A stretch of DNA of 64,000 bases from an uncultured Alphaproteobacteria bacterium (GCA_963732845.1 CAVTBE010000012.1:25090-89089), one strand, 5' to 3'. Positions 26,798 to 35,748 are shown, counted from the stretch's first letter. Notes: a model not told the origin generated them from the letters alone. Numbers and translations: made by a program.

Positions 26798-28216
26798 CTA
26801 GTAGCTGAACTCGTTGAAATAGATTCTCGGATCTCTGTACCGCCAGACGTATTCAGCACCGCCACCGCCACCGCCGGCAGAATAGAAGCCAATGATCGAG
26901 AATTCAAAAAGATCTCTCAGGGCCGCCTTCGGTTCGGAACCGGCCGCCAAAAGATGCTTTCTTGATTCCCACACACCGAAAAAATCATCTAGGTCGAATT
27001 GAAGGCTCTCTAGGCCCTTAAGCATATCAAGATATGTCTTATAATCGGGGATGTGCTTGTGTATCTCGTCATCTATCTCGCGATATAGATAATCAGAATA
27101 GCGCGGCTCGGCTTGATAAAGGTCGCTATTTATAAATTTCCCCGCGCCTTCGTGTGTATTTGTCTTATAAGACGCCAGTATTTCGTTTGAGAATTTTATC
27201 ATGTCACGAGGACGCAGGAACGTTCTATCAAGAAGATATTTGTATTTCTTCTGTCTTCCAGGCATGTCTTGCGCGTCGTCAAAGACATCTTCCCAGCGAG
27301 TCGCTCCCTCTAAAGCCACGGAGAAGCGTCGTTCCATTAGAGACTTCAGAGTCCTAGAATCTATGCCTATATCCCAGAGGATAGACGTCGAGAAATTCTC
27401 TGTTATCTTATTTTTATCTTCGAATTGCAGCCAATCATAAATGTCGTGACGTAGAAAAGTCACAACGTTAAGTTTTTTGCCCAGTTCCTTCGCTTTAATG
27501 TTTATGGCTCGCGCGGCCAAAAGCAATCCTATGAGTCGGAGTCTATAATTCGGATCTAATTTAGTAAAACCTAGATCAAGTTGATCAAAAAGAACGTAAT
27601 AGTTCAATTTTTGGTTTAATGAATTCAATATCTTCGTCGATAAACTGTTATTGATTTCTGAGAAATAGGTTGGAAGATATTCAATTGGTATTTGCGACAC
27701 ATTTCCTTCAACCGAGACTGCGGGCAGGTTAAATCCCGCGCGTCCGGACAGCTGCAATTTATGCTGTGGAGAAAAAATCTGGGTGACGTCTGGATCACGA
27801 GAGCCATAAGTGTCAACAACGAAGCTCTCAACGCTGGTGAGATAGTCTGCTGCACCCTCATTATATGGTTGTGAGCTATCATAATTGAGAAGTATCTTTG
27901 CAATAGTTATTAGGCACAGATACATCCAACTATTCATAAAACAAGATTCTTCAGGGACGCCCAATTGTTTCTGTCGATCGTGATAGTGCCAAGGATAATC
28001 GTTAAACGTATGGCCAAAAGCGAATTGGTCGTATTCGCGTGTCAGAAGTATCTTTTTGAAGATTGCGGTTTTGCCGCTTCCTTTCCGCCCAAGGACGCAG
28101 AACCGGCGATGCTGCAAAACATCAGCGTACGCCGGGTGGTCCTCGAAACAGTCGAGAAGCACTGGGTCATTATCAGCATCAGTACCACCGAAGGTCTCGA
28201 CCGCGGATAAGTTCAT
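26798..28216 (-). CDS. Orphan P-loop NTPase, 472 aa, low-GC horizontally acquired gene (function unknown; candidate defence protein)
   Basis: Long ORF in a segment of about 40% GC, against about 67% in the flanks. AGGAG lies 5 nt upstream of the ATG. Walker A 'GRKGSGKT' (aa 43-50), Walker B-like 'YYVLFDQLD' (aa 206-214), 'FLRPRDMIKF' motif. The C-terminal roughly 150 aa are helical and end with a Gly6 run. No TM segment or signal peptide. Confidence 0.85.
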   Translation of the reverse strand: MNLSAVETFGGTDADNDPVLLDCFEDHPAYADVLQHRRFCVLGRKGSGKTAIFKKILLTREYDQFAFGHTFNDYPWHYHDRQKQLGVPEESCFMNSWMYLCLITIAKILLNYDSSQPYNEGAADYLTSVESFVVDTYGSRDPDVTQIFSPQHKLQLSGRAGFNLPAVSVEGNVSQIPIEYLPTYFSEINNSLSTKILNSLNQKLNYYVLFDQLDLGFTKLDPNYRLRLIGLLLAARAINIKAKELGKKLNVVTFLRHDIYDWLQFEDKNKITENFSTSILWDIGIDSRTLKSLMERRFSVALEGATRWEDVFDDAQDMPGRQKKYKYLLDRTFLRPRDMIKFSNEILASYKTNTHEGAGKFINSDLYQAEPRYSDYLYREIDDEIHKHIPDYKTYLDMLKGLESLQFDLDDFFGVWESRKHLLAAGSEPKAALRDLFEFSIIGFYSAGGGGGGAEYVWRYRDPRIYFNEFSY

Positions 28217-28232
28217 TGGAACTCCTAAATCG

Positions 28233-28244
28233 GCATTGCAATGC
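28233..28244. promoter_or_regulatory. Perfect 12-bp palindrome GCATTGCAATGC upstream of the NTPase gene (possible operator)
   Basis: Lies 17-28 nt upstream of the ATG at 28216, just 5' of the RBS (ctcct at 28222-28226 on the + strand), inside the 106-nt gap after mazF. Confidence 0.35.
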
Positions 28245-28322
28245 TAGATTGAATATGCAGACAGCGCAAATCTCGTCAGCAGAGCCGATTGCCGCCGCGC
28301 ATTCCGCCGCTTCAACCCCTGC

Positions 28323-28670
28323 CTACCCCCACCACCCCGCCATCGCCTTCTTCACCGCCGTCCGTTCGGCCCGCCCCAGCTTCCCGATGCGGCGCAGGAT
28401 GTGCTCCGGCTCCACCGTCGCGATCTTGACCGTGCGCACCATCGACGGGCCGGGCAGGCCGGCGCCGGCGAGGTCGCGGATGGTCACGTCGCCGTCGCGC
28501 CGTTCCTTGGCCGCGCCGGTGATCATGACGAGCCAGACATAGCCCTCGGCATGGAGCGCCGCGCTGGAGACGACGAGCGCCGGCCGGCGCTTCTCCGCCA
28601 GCCGGTCCGAATAGGGGAACGGCACCACCACCACGTCGAACGGACGGAACGCCGCCTCAGAGGCGGCCAT
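28323..28670 (-). CDS. mazF: PemK/MazF-family type II toxin (endoribonuclease)
   Basis: 'FDVVVVPFPYSDRLAEKRRPALVVSS...VWLVMITG...GLPGPSMVRTVKIATVE' is the MazF/PemK pattern. It overlaps the upstream antitoxin by 14 nt. Confidence 0.8.
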   Translation of the reverse strand: MAASEAAFRPFDVVVVPFPYSDRLAEKRRPALVVSSAALHAEGYVWLVMITGAAKERRDGDVTIRDLAGAGLPGPSMVRTVKIATVEPEHILRRIGKLGRAERTAVKKAMAGWWG

Positions 28671-28902
28671 AGAGCGCCTCGTCCTCGTCCGAGGTCCATT
28701 CGCTGAAGCTGGCGAAGGGATCGTCCTCTTGCGGCCTCACCTTGGCCAGCGTCACCGCCCCCGTCTCGCCGATCTTGAAGCGGATGAGGTCGCCGGTCTT
28801 CAGACCTAATTTGTCGCGCACAGCCTTGGGGATCACCGTCTGCCCCTTGCTCGACAGGCGCGATTGCACATCCGACATGGGCTCGCCTCCATGGTAAGAC
28901 AT
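28657..28902 (-). CDS. mazE: AbrB/MazE/SpoVT-family antitoxin
   Basis: 'SKGQTVIPKAVRDKLGLKTGDLIRFKI' is a SpoVT-AbrB swapped-hairpin motif, and the C-terminus is acidic. The true start may be the internal ATG at 28876-28878. Confidence 0.8.
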   Translation of the reverse strand: MSYHGGEPMSDVQSRLSSKGQTVIPKAVRDKLGLKTGDLIRFKIGETGAVTLAKVRPQEDDPFASFSEWTSDEDEALYGRL

Positions 28903-29231
28903 TCTTACCGTCTTACATAACAGCCGGTATGAGTATTCTCAAGCGGTCATGGAATGAGCGGCTCCGCAGCGCAGCGACGCGAACTTCGGGAGGGGGGTGA
29001 ACGCGCTGAAGTACCCAGACCCTCTCCCAAATGGTTTCGCCGTTTCGACCTTCCCACAAGGGAAGGGTTGGTCGGTGCTTGCCGCTTGCTCCATCCCTCC
29101 ACCGCGCGAGCGCGGGGAGGGGGGACCATGCGAGCCGCAGGCGAAGCATGGTGGGTGGGGGCGACCCGGACGCGCGAAAAGACACCCCACCCGTCTCCTC
29201 GCTTCGCTCGGAGCCACCCTCCCCGGAACGG

Positions 29232-30420
29232 CAGGGGAATTGCATGTGGGGTTGGGAGGGCTGTTGCCAATTTCGGCGAACAGATTCTGAGGGTCTCTCC
29301 GCGTTTTCGGGGAGAGAGCCATGGAGAGGTTCAAGGACTGCTTCGCGGATTTGCCTGATCCGCGCGCGGCCAACGCGATGCACGATCTCACCGAGGTGCT
29401 GTTCGTCGCGCTGGCGGCGCTGTTGTGCGGGGCAGAAGGCTGCGTCGACATGGCCGACTTCGGCCGCGCCAAGGAGGGGCTGTTGCGGCAGGTATTGCGC
29501 CTGGAGCACGGCATCCCCAGCCACGACACCTTCAGCCGGGTGTTCCGGGTACTGCGGCCGGAGGCCTTCGAGGCCGCCTTCCGCCGCTTCATGGCCGCCT
29601 TCGGGCGGGCCAGCCGCGTCCGCGGAGTGGTGGCGATCGACGGCAAGGCGGTCAAGGGCGCCTACGGCCGCGGCCGCAAGACGACACCGCTGCATCTGGT
29701 CAACGTGTGGGCGGCCGAGGCCCGGCTGGCTCTGGCGCAACACACCGCTCCCGGCCGCAACGAGACGGCCGGCGTCCTCGAGGCCCTCGGGCTGTTGTCG
29801 CTCAAGGGCTGCATCGTCACGGCTGATGCCCTGCATTGCCGCGCCGACACCGCCCAGGCCATCCGCGACGCCGAGGCCGACTACGTGCTCGCCCTCAAGG
29901 AGAACCATCCCAAGCTGTGGGCAGATGCCTGTCAGACGATCGTAGGCGCCAAGCGGTCCGACCAAGCCTGCACCGAACAGCCGATCAGCCATGGCCGTCA
30001 CGAATGGCGCCAGATCGTCGTGGTGGGGACCCTCGGCCTCGGCCGCAAGCATGGCTTCCCCGCCCTGCGTGCCGTGGCCCGTCTCACCGCGCGGCGCACG
30101 CTCGACGGCGGCCAAAGCGAGGAGACGGTCCGCTACTTCCTGCTCTCCCGCCGCTTCTCCGCCAAGCGCCTGCTCACCATCGTGCGCCAGCACTGGGGCA
30201 TCGAGAACCAACTGCACTGGGTGCTCGACGTCATCCTCAACGAGGATCGCGCCAGGAACCGCAAAGATCACGGGCCCGAGAACATCGCCATCCTCAGAAA
30301 GCTTGCCCTCAACCTGCTGCGCTCCCACCCCGACACAGCTTCCATCCGACGCAAGGTTAAACGCGCCGCCTGGGACGATGCCTTCCTCCTCTCTCTCCTC
30401 GCCCACATGCGATAGCCCTG
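29232..30420 (+). mobile_element. Intact ISAs1-family insertion sequence (1189 bp) with a 10-bp target-site duplication
   Basis: IRL 'caggggaattgcatgtgggg' matches the reverse complement of IRR 'cagggctatcgcatgtgggc' at 16/20. It is flanked by the perfect direct repeat CCCGGAACGG (29222-29231 and 30421-30430). Confidence 0.85.
29321..30415 (+). CDS. ISAs1-family (H-repeat-associated) DDE transposase
   Basis: 'FADLPDPRAANAMHDLTEVLFVALAALLCGAEGCVDMADFG', 'GIPSHDTFSRVF', 'VTADALHC' and 'HWGIENQLHWVLDVILNEDRARNR' are ISAs1 transposase signatures. The ORF is uninterrupted. Confidence 0.9.
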   Translation: MERFKDCFADLPDPRAANAMHDLTEVLFVALAALLCGAEGCVDMADFGRAKEGLLRQVLRLEHGIPSHDTFSRVFRVLRPEAFEAAFRRFMAAFGRASRVRGVVAIDGKAVKGAYGRGRKTTPLHLVNVWAAEARLALAQHTAPGRNETAGVLEALGLLSLKGCIVTADALHCRADTAQAIRDAEADYVLALKENHPKLWADACQTIVGAKRSDQACTEQPISHGRHEWRQIVVVGTLGLGRKHGFPALRAVARLTARRTLDGGQSEETVRYFLLSRRFSAKRLLTIVRQHWGIENQLHWVLDVILNEDRARNRKDHGPENIAILRKLALNLLRSHPDTASIRRKVKRAAWDDAFLLSLLAHMR

Positions 30421-30430
30421 CCCGGAACGG

Positions 30431-31139
30431 GGAGGGATGGGTGCTTGCGCCGGCTCCGTGCTTGCTGCCCAAAAATACTTATCCCCGCTCTCCGAACCTG
30501 ACGGATAATGCTCGTCATCCCCGCCCGCGAAGGGGCGCGCTCATGAGGCGTCTTGCAGCGTGGGGCGGGGTGCGGTGCCCCCGCGCTCCGGATTCGCAGT
30601 CCGGCCCTCGGGGCGTTCCCGGCGGGACCGTCGGCACTACGACCGGCCGCCGCAAGGCCTAAGCTCTTTTCTCCCGAGGAAAGGGTGCAGCGCCTGCTGG
30701 GAGACGGAAGAAAATCGCCGCGGCGGGCGCTCGGGTAGAGTGCCCCCAGTTTTCGCGGAGTAACCGCACGGCATTCGCCGGGCGCCCGCCACCCCCTCGT
30801 CTCCGACAAGAGGCGAGGAGCGCCGCAAGGCGCGACAGGGACGAAAGAAGTGTTCATGCCCCGGTGCGGATCGCGCGCGGGAACGAGATTTCGTGTCCAG
30901 GCGCGGTGCGGCACGAAGTGCTGAACCGCAGACCCGGGACCGGCGCGCCGAATGGACCCCGGATCTGCGAAGCAGCGTTCCACGCTGCATCGCGTCGGGG
31001 GAACGGAGACGTCGCCCACCGTTCGTCCCCGCGGAGGCGGGGACCCAGGCGCGAGTCGCCGTTGAGCGAAGTGCCTCTTGCCTGTCCGGCCTGGATGCCC
31101 GCAGGCGCGGGCACGAACGGATCTTGGCGCGCCGCCGCC
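30431..31139. repeat. About 700-bp repeat-dense non-coding spacer
   Basis: No ORF has coding-like composition. Translations give the spurious-ORF motifs typical of dispersed alphaproteobacterial repeats ('QHFVPHRAWTRN', 'GPRLRGDE', 'WMPAGAGTNG'). Confidence 0.6.
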
Positions 31140-32069
31140 TTACGGCACCGTGTGCCCGGCGGCGCGGAACAGGCGGTACCATTCCTCGCGGCTGAGCCTC
31201 ACGTCCGCGCCGGCGGCGGATTCGGCCACGCGGCCGGGATTGGTGGTGCCCAGCACCACCTGGATGTTGGCCGGATGGCGGACGATCCACGCCACCGCGA
31301 TGCCGGTCGGCGTCACGCCATGGGTCGCGGCCAGTTCGTCGAGCACGTCGTTGAGTTCGCCGTAATTCTCGCGGTCGCCGATGAACACGCCGTCGAAGAA
31401 CGCCTTCTGGAACGGCGACCACGCCTGCAGCATCATGCCGGTGAGCCGCGAGTAGTCGAGCAGGCCGTTGTCGCGGACCACCGATTGGGCCAGCCCGTTC
31501 ATGTTGGCCGCCACCCCTTGCGCGAACAGGTTGGCGTGGGTGATCGAGAGCTGCACCTGGTTGAACAGCAGCGGCTGCTTGACGGCGGTCTTGAGCAGCT
31601 CGATCTGGCCCGGCGTCTGGTTGGACACGCCGAAGTGGCGGACCTTGCCGGCCGCCTCGAGCTTGTCGAAGGCCGCGGCGACCTCTTCCGGCTCGACCAG
31701 CGTATCGGGGCGGTGCAGCAGGAGCACGTCGAGATAGTCGGTCTTCAGCGCCTTGAGCGACCCATCGACGGCCTCCAGGATGTGCCCGGTCGAGAAGTCG
31801 AAGAAGCCCTTGCGGATGCCGGCTTTGCTCTGGATCGTGATGCGCGCCCGTTGTTCGGCCGAGAACTTCATGGCTTCGGCGAAACGCTCCTCGCTGCGAT
31901 GCGGCGCGCCGCCATAGACGTCGGCATGGTCGAAGAAGGTGATGCCCTTGTCGAGGGCGGTGCCGACCAGCTTCTGGATGTCGGCGTCGCTCATCTTGGC
32001 GATGCGCATCAGACCGAGCACGACGCTCGGCACCGTCAGGTTGGTATGGGGAACGGCATAGGTCTTCAT
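31140..32069 (-). CDS. Aldo/keto reductase family oxidoreductase (YdhF-like)
   Basis: 'GITFFDHADVYGG', 'DYLDVLLLHRPD', 'GKVRHFGVSN'. Start at ATG 32067-32069; the track ORF is over-extended. Confidence 0.85.
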   Translation of the reverse strand: MKTYAVPHTNLTVPSVVLGLMRIAKMSDADIQKLVGTALDKGITFFDHADVYGGAPHRSEERFAEAMKFSAEQRARITIQSKAGIRKGFFDFSTGHILEAVDGSLKALKTDYLDVLLLHRPDTLVEPEEVAAAFDKLEAAGKVRHFGVSNQTPGQIELLKTAVKQPLLFNQVQLSITHANLFAQGVAANMNGLAQSVVRDNGLLDYSRLTGMMLQAWSPFQKAFFDGVFIGDRENYGELNDVLDELAATHGVTPTGIAVAWIVRHPANIQVVLGTTNPGRVAESAAGADVRLSREEWYRLFRAAGHTVP

Positions 32070-32242
32070 GGAATTGACAGCCTTTGCGGGGTGCGGGCCT
32101 GTACGTCGCGGAGAGGGGCGGGCGGCCATGCGGCCGGGTCCGCAGCACCGGGCGAACCGACAGGCGCCTTGGATGTGAGACCTGCGAGAGTGGCCGAGCG
32201 GCCGGTGCGGCGCAAGCACTGATTGCCGATGGCGGCCGGCGG

Positions 32243-32512
32243 CTATTTGCGGATTTCCTCGCAGATATTCATTTTGTGGGGATCGCCATCGAGCGGACAG
32301 TTGCGGCCGCATTCGTAATCGCCGCCGGTGCTCACCTCGATTGCCTTCATCCGCTCGATGGCTTGGTCCCGGCAGTAGGCGAACGTCTGGAAGCGCGGCG
32401 TCACCTCGAAGTGGGTGCGGTCGGTTCGATCCGGATAGACGATCGCAGACCACGCGCCGGGCTTGTCGCACCCGGCGAGCAGGAGCAGGACCAGGAGCAG
32501 CGCACCTTTCAT
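32243..32512 (-). CDS. Small lipoprotein (89 aa), unknown function
   Basis: Lipobox 'LLLLLAGC' after a short signal peptide. Four further Cys residues. Confidence 0.6.
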   Translation of the reverse strand: MKGALLLVLLLLAGCDKPGAWSAIVYPDRTDRTHFEVTPRFQTFAYCRDQAIERMKAIEVSTGGDYECGRNCPLDGDPHKMNICEEIRK

Positions 32513-32524
32513 GCGGCCCGGCCC

Positions 32525-33472
32525 TTATGGCTCGACCAGCTCCACCCGCCGGTTGAGGGCGCGGCCCTCCTTGCTCTGGTTGGAGCCGACCGGCGCCAGG
32601 AAGCCGACGCCGGCTGTCGCCAGCCGCGCCGGCGCGATGCCGTAGCTCTTGGCCAGCACCGCCGCCACCGCCGCGGCGCGCCGGCGCGACAGGTCCAAGT
32701 TGTAGTCGAGCGCGCCCTGGCTGTCGGTGTGGCCGACGATGATCACCTTGAGGTCAGGCGATCCGGTGAGTAGCTTGGCGATCTCTGCGAGCGTCGGCTT
32801 GCTCTCCGGCTTCACCACCGCCTTGTCGGTGTCGAAATAGATGCCGTAGAGCGCGATATGGCCCTTTTCGCCGAGGCCCTTGGCCATGGCGGCGGCGTCG
32901 ATCATCTTGTTGGCGATGGCACCGACTTCGGTGACCACCAGTTGGGTGGTGATGTCGTCGTTGTTCTGGCTGACGAGCACAGTCGCCCAGGTGATGGCGC
33001 CATTCTCGCCCGCCTTGCGGCCGACGAAGTAGTGATAGTTGAAACCGTCCACCCACATCTGCGGGACGGGCAACACATCCAGCGCCTCGCTGAAGGGGAT
33101 GCCACCGCAGGCGTCGGTGTCGCAGGTGAACGCCGTCTCGTATCCCGCACCGGCGAGCTGCGTCTCGAAGTTGCGCGCGACCTCCACCATCGATGAGCCC
33201 ACTCCGGTGCGGTAGGCGATGCGGGTCACGCGGCCCTCCGGCCGCTGTTCGGCGGTCGCCTTGCCGTCCTGGAAGGCTGCCGTCTGCAGGCGCGTGGCGT
33301 CGAAGTCCTTGGCGTCGTAGCCGGTGATGGTGCTGCCGGCGAAGCGCCCGATTCCGGGATAATCGCGGGAGCCGGGCACGTCGCCATCGGCGGCGTCGGC
33401 AAAGGAGACGCTCAGCAGGACTGCCAGCGCCGCCAGCATTGCGGAAACAAGCAGGGGGATCGGTCGCCGCAT
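32525..33472 (-). CDS. OmpA-family protein (DUF4892-like N-domain + OmpA C-terminal peptidoglycan-binding domain)
   Basis: Signal peptide 'MRRPIPLLVSAMLAALAVLL'. The C-terminal 'VGHTDSQGALDYNLDLSRRRAAAVAAVL...NRRVELV' is an OmpA_C motif. Confidence 0.85.
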   Translation of the reverse strand: MRRPIPLLVSAMLAALAVLLSVSFADAADGDVPGSRDYPGIGRFAGSTITGYDAKDFDATRLQTAAFQDGKATAEQRPEGRVTRIAYRTGVGSSMVEVARNFETQLAGAGYETAFTCDTDACGGIPFSEALDVLPVPQMWVDGFNYHYFVGRKAGENGAITWATVLVSQNNDDITTQLVVTEVGAIANKMIDAAAMAKGLGEKGHIALYGIYFDTDKAVVKPESKPTLAEIAKLLTGSPDLKVIIVGHTDSQGALDYNLDLSRRRAAAVAAVLAKSYGIAPARLATAGVGFLAPVGSNQSKEGRALNRRVELVEP

Positions 33473-33673
33473 CGTTTGGCCTCTCTGTGCGGGAGGGGTG
33501 TCGCCCGGGACAGACGCTACCACCGGATCATTCCGGCGCCTGTGGCGCTGGACACAGGGCAGACGTCGAGAGGCAGGGACCGGCGGATTGTGCGGCCGCT
33601 TGTCCGACCCCGGCCGTCGGCGTGGTCGATCAACGGCCCTTCCCGCCGAGGTCCGTGGCCATCACGGCGGCGA

Positions 33674-34243
33674 TCACTGCGCTGCCGGCGTGCCGACCTC
33701 GGTCACTACCAACTGCGCAGTGGTCGTCTCAAGGTGGTGGCTCACCAGCACGGTCGCCCAGGTCTCGGTGCCGTTGTCGCCAGTCTTGCGGCCGGCGAAG
33801 TAGTGATAGTTGACGCCGTTCACCCACATGAACGGCACGTAGAGGACATCGATGCCCATGCTGAAATGGACGCCGCCGCAGACCTCGGCGTCGCAGGCAA
33901 ACACCGTCTCGTAGCCGGCTTGCGTGAGCTGCGCCTCGAAGCTCTGGGCGACCTCCAGCATGGATGGGCCGGGGCCGATGCGGTAGGCGACGCGCGTCAC
34001 GCGACCTTCCGGCCGCAGATCGGCGGTCGCATCGCCGTTCCTGAAGGGGGCCATCTGCACGCGCGTCCGGTCGAAGTCCTTGGCCTCGTAGCCGGTGATC
34101 ACGCTGCCGGCGAAGCGTTCGATGCCCGGATAGTCGCGCGATCCCCGGATGTCGCCATTGGCCGCCATGGCGCATGAGGCGCCCGCAAGGACCGTCAGGG
34201 CCGAAAGCATGACGGAAACGACGAAGGGGATCGGTCGGCGCAT
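33674..34243 (-). CDS. Paralogue of the N-terminal (DUF4892-like) domain of the adjacent OmpA-family protein, lacking the OmpA domain
   Basis: Alignable with 32525-33472 over about 185 aa ('SRDYPGI(G/E)RFAGS.ITGY(D/E)AKDFD', 'EGRVTR(I/V)AYR', 'WATVLVS'). It stops right after the shared domain. Confidence 0.7.
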   Translation of the reverse strand: MRRPIPFVVSVMLSALTVLAGASCAMAANGDIRGSRDYPGIERFAGSVITGYEAKDFDRTRVQMAPFRNGDATADLRPEGRVTRVAYRIGPGPSMLEVAQSFEAQLTQAGYETVFACDAEVCGGVHFSMGIDVLYVPFMWVNGVNYHYFAGRKTGDNGTETWATVLVSHHLETTTAQLVVTEVGTPAAQ

Positions 34244-34371
34244 CGCTTGGCCTCTCTTCGCAGGAAGGACTCGTTGCCCGCGCCACAGGCTATCACCGGG
34301 AGCGCCGGGAACCCATGGAATCACGCACATGTGACAGGCGGCCGGCGGCCGGCGGCGGGCGGCGCCGCCCC

Positions 34372-35313
34372 TCAGCCATAGGCCCAGGCGCGGATCAGGT
34401 GGCTGGCGATGGCCATGCTGACCGGCACGCTGATGCCCTCCGGATGATTGCCGGCGAGCATGCGGCGCACGTCATCCCGGTTGAACCAGCGGCAGTCCTC
34501 CAGCTCCGCCTCGTCGCGGCGGATCGCCGTCGACAGCGCCTCGGCATAACAGCCGATCATCAGCGAGGAGGGGAAGGGCCAGGGCTGGCTGGCGTGGTAG
34601 CGCACGCGCCCGGTGCGGATGCCGGATTCCTCTGCCGTCTCGCGGCGCACCGCATCCTCGATCGTCTCGCCCGGCTCCATGAAGCCGGCGAGGCACGAAT
34701 ACATGCCCGGGTTGAACCGTGGCGAGCGACCGAGCAGGGCCCGTTCCTCGCCCGTGCCGGCGTCGATCACGAGCATGATCACCACCGGGTCGGTGCGCGG
34801 AAAATGCTGCGCCCCGCAATTCGCGCAGTCGCGCCTGAGCCCGCCGATCATGCTCGCGGTCGCCGCGCCGCAGACGGCGCAGAAGCCGTGGCGGGCGTGC
34901 CAGGTGAGAAGCGCACGGCTCTGCGCCAGGGCGCCGAGATGGTCGGCCGGCAGAACGGCGGCGGAAGCAAGCGCCCTCAGCATCACTGCCGCGACCTCGC
35001 TCTCGTCGATCGGCGCCTCTTCGCCGAGCGCCACGGCAAGCCTCGGGGCCTCGTCGCTCCAGCCGAGCAGCACCGCCTTGCCGATATCGGCGCCGAGCGC
35101 TTGTGACTCCGCAACCGTGAACAGTGGATCGTCGCCGGCCTTCACCAGCGCCGGCTCGCCGCGGAAGAGGTAGAGCCGTGCCGCCGGGTCGCCCAGCGCG
35201 TCGGCCAGCGCATCGGCCCCGCGTGTCTCGCTGCGCCGGTCGATGCGGTTGCCGGCGAAGCCGGTCAAGCTGCTCGGCTCGACCGCAGGCAGGCCGTCGA
35301 AGAGGCTGGACAT
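34372..35313 (-). CDS. nudC: NAD+ diphosphatase (NADH pyrophosphatase), Nudix family
   Basis: Zinc ribbon 'FCAVCGAAT...CANCGAQHFPR', followed by the Nudix box 'GFMEPGETIEDAVRRETAEESGI'. Confidence 0.85.
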   Translation of the reverse strand: MSSLFDGLPAVEPSSLTGFAGNRIDRRSETRGADALADALGDPAARLYLFRGEPALVKAGDDPLFTVAESQALGADIGKAVLLGWSDEAPRLAVALGEEAPIDESEVAAVMLRALASAAVLPADHLGALAQSRALLTWHARHGFCAVCGAATASMIGGLRRDCANCGAQHFPRTDPVVIMLVIDAGTGEERALLGRSPRFNPGMYSCLAGFMEPGETIEDAVRRETAEESGIRTGRVRYHASQPWPFPSSLMIGCYAEALSTAIRRDEAELEDCRWFNRDDVRRMLAGNHPEGISVPVSMAIASHLIRAWAYG

Positions 35314-35334
35314 TCCGAAGCTCGCGTCGTGGGG

Positions 35335-35748
35335 TCAGGGGCGAAGGGCGGCGGCCAGGTCCGCGATCAGTCTATCCCGCGCCGCCGCGTCGTAGGCAAC
35401 CGCGGAACCGGCGCCCCATACCGGGCTCGGCCAGGCGGCGTCGCCGGTGAAGCGGGCGATAACGTGGACATGGAGCTGGTGCACCTGGTTGCCGAGCGCG
35501 GCGACGTTCAGCTTGTCGCAGCCGGTTGCCGCCTTGAGCGCGGTCATGACCGCTACGATTTCCTCGAAGAGCCGCGCCCGGTCGGGTTTGGCGAGCTCGA
35601 TGATCTCGGCGAGGCCGGCCTGGCGGGGCACCAGCAACAGCCACGGGAAACGGGAATCGTTCATCAGCCTGAGGTCCGAGAGGCCGAGGGATGTCACCGG
35701 CGTCGAATCGGCGGCAAGGCGCGGGTCGAGGGTGAAGCTGTCGGTCAT
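35335..35748 (-). CDS. HIT (histidine triad) family protein
   Basis: 'NQVHQLHVHVIAR' contains the HxHxHxx triad. 137 aa. Confidence 0.85.
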   Translation of the reverse strand: MTDSFTLDPRLAADSTPVTSLGLSDLRLMNDSRFPWLLLVPRQAGLAEIIELAKPDRARLFEEIVAVMTALKAATGCDKLNVAALGNQVHQLHVHVIARFTGDAAWPSPVWGAGSAVAYDAAARDRLIADLAAALRP

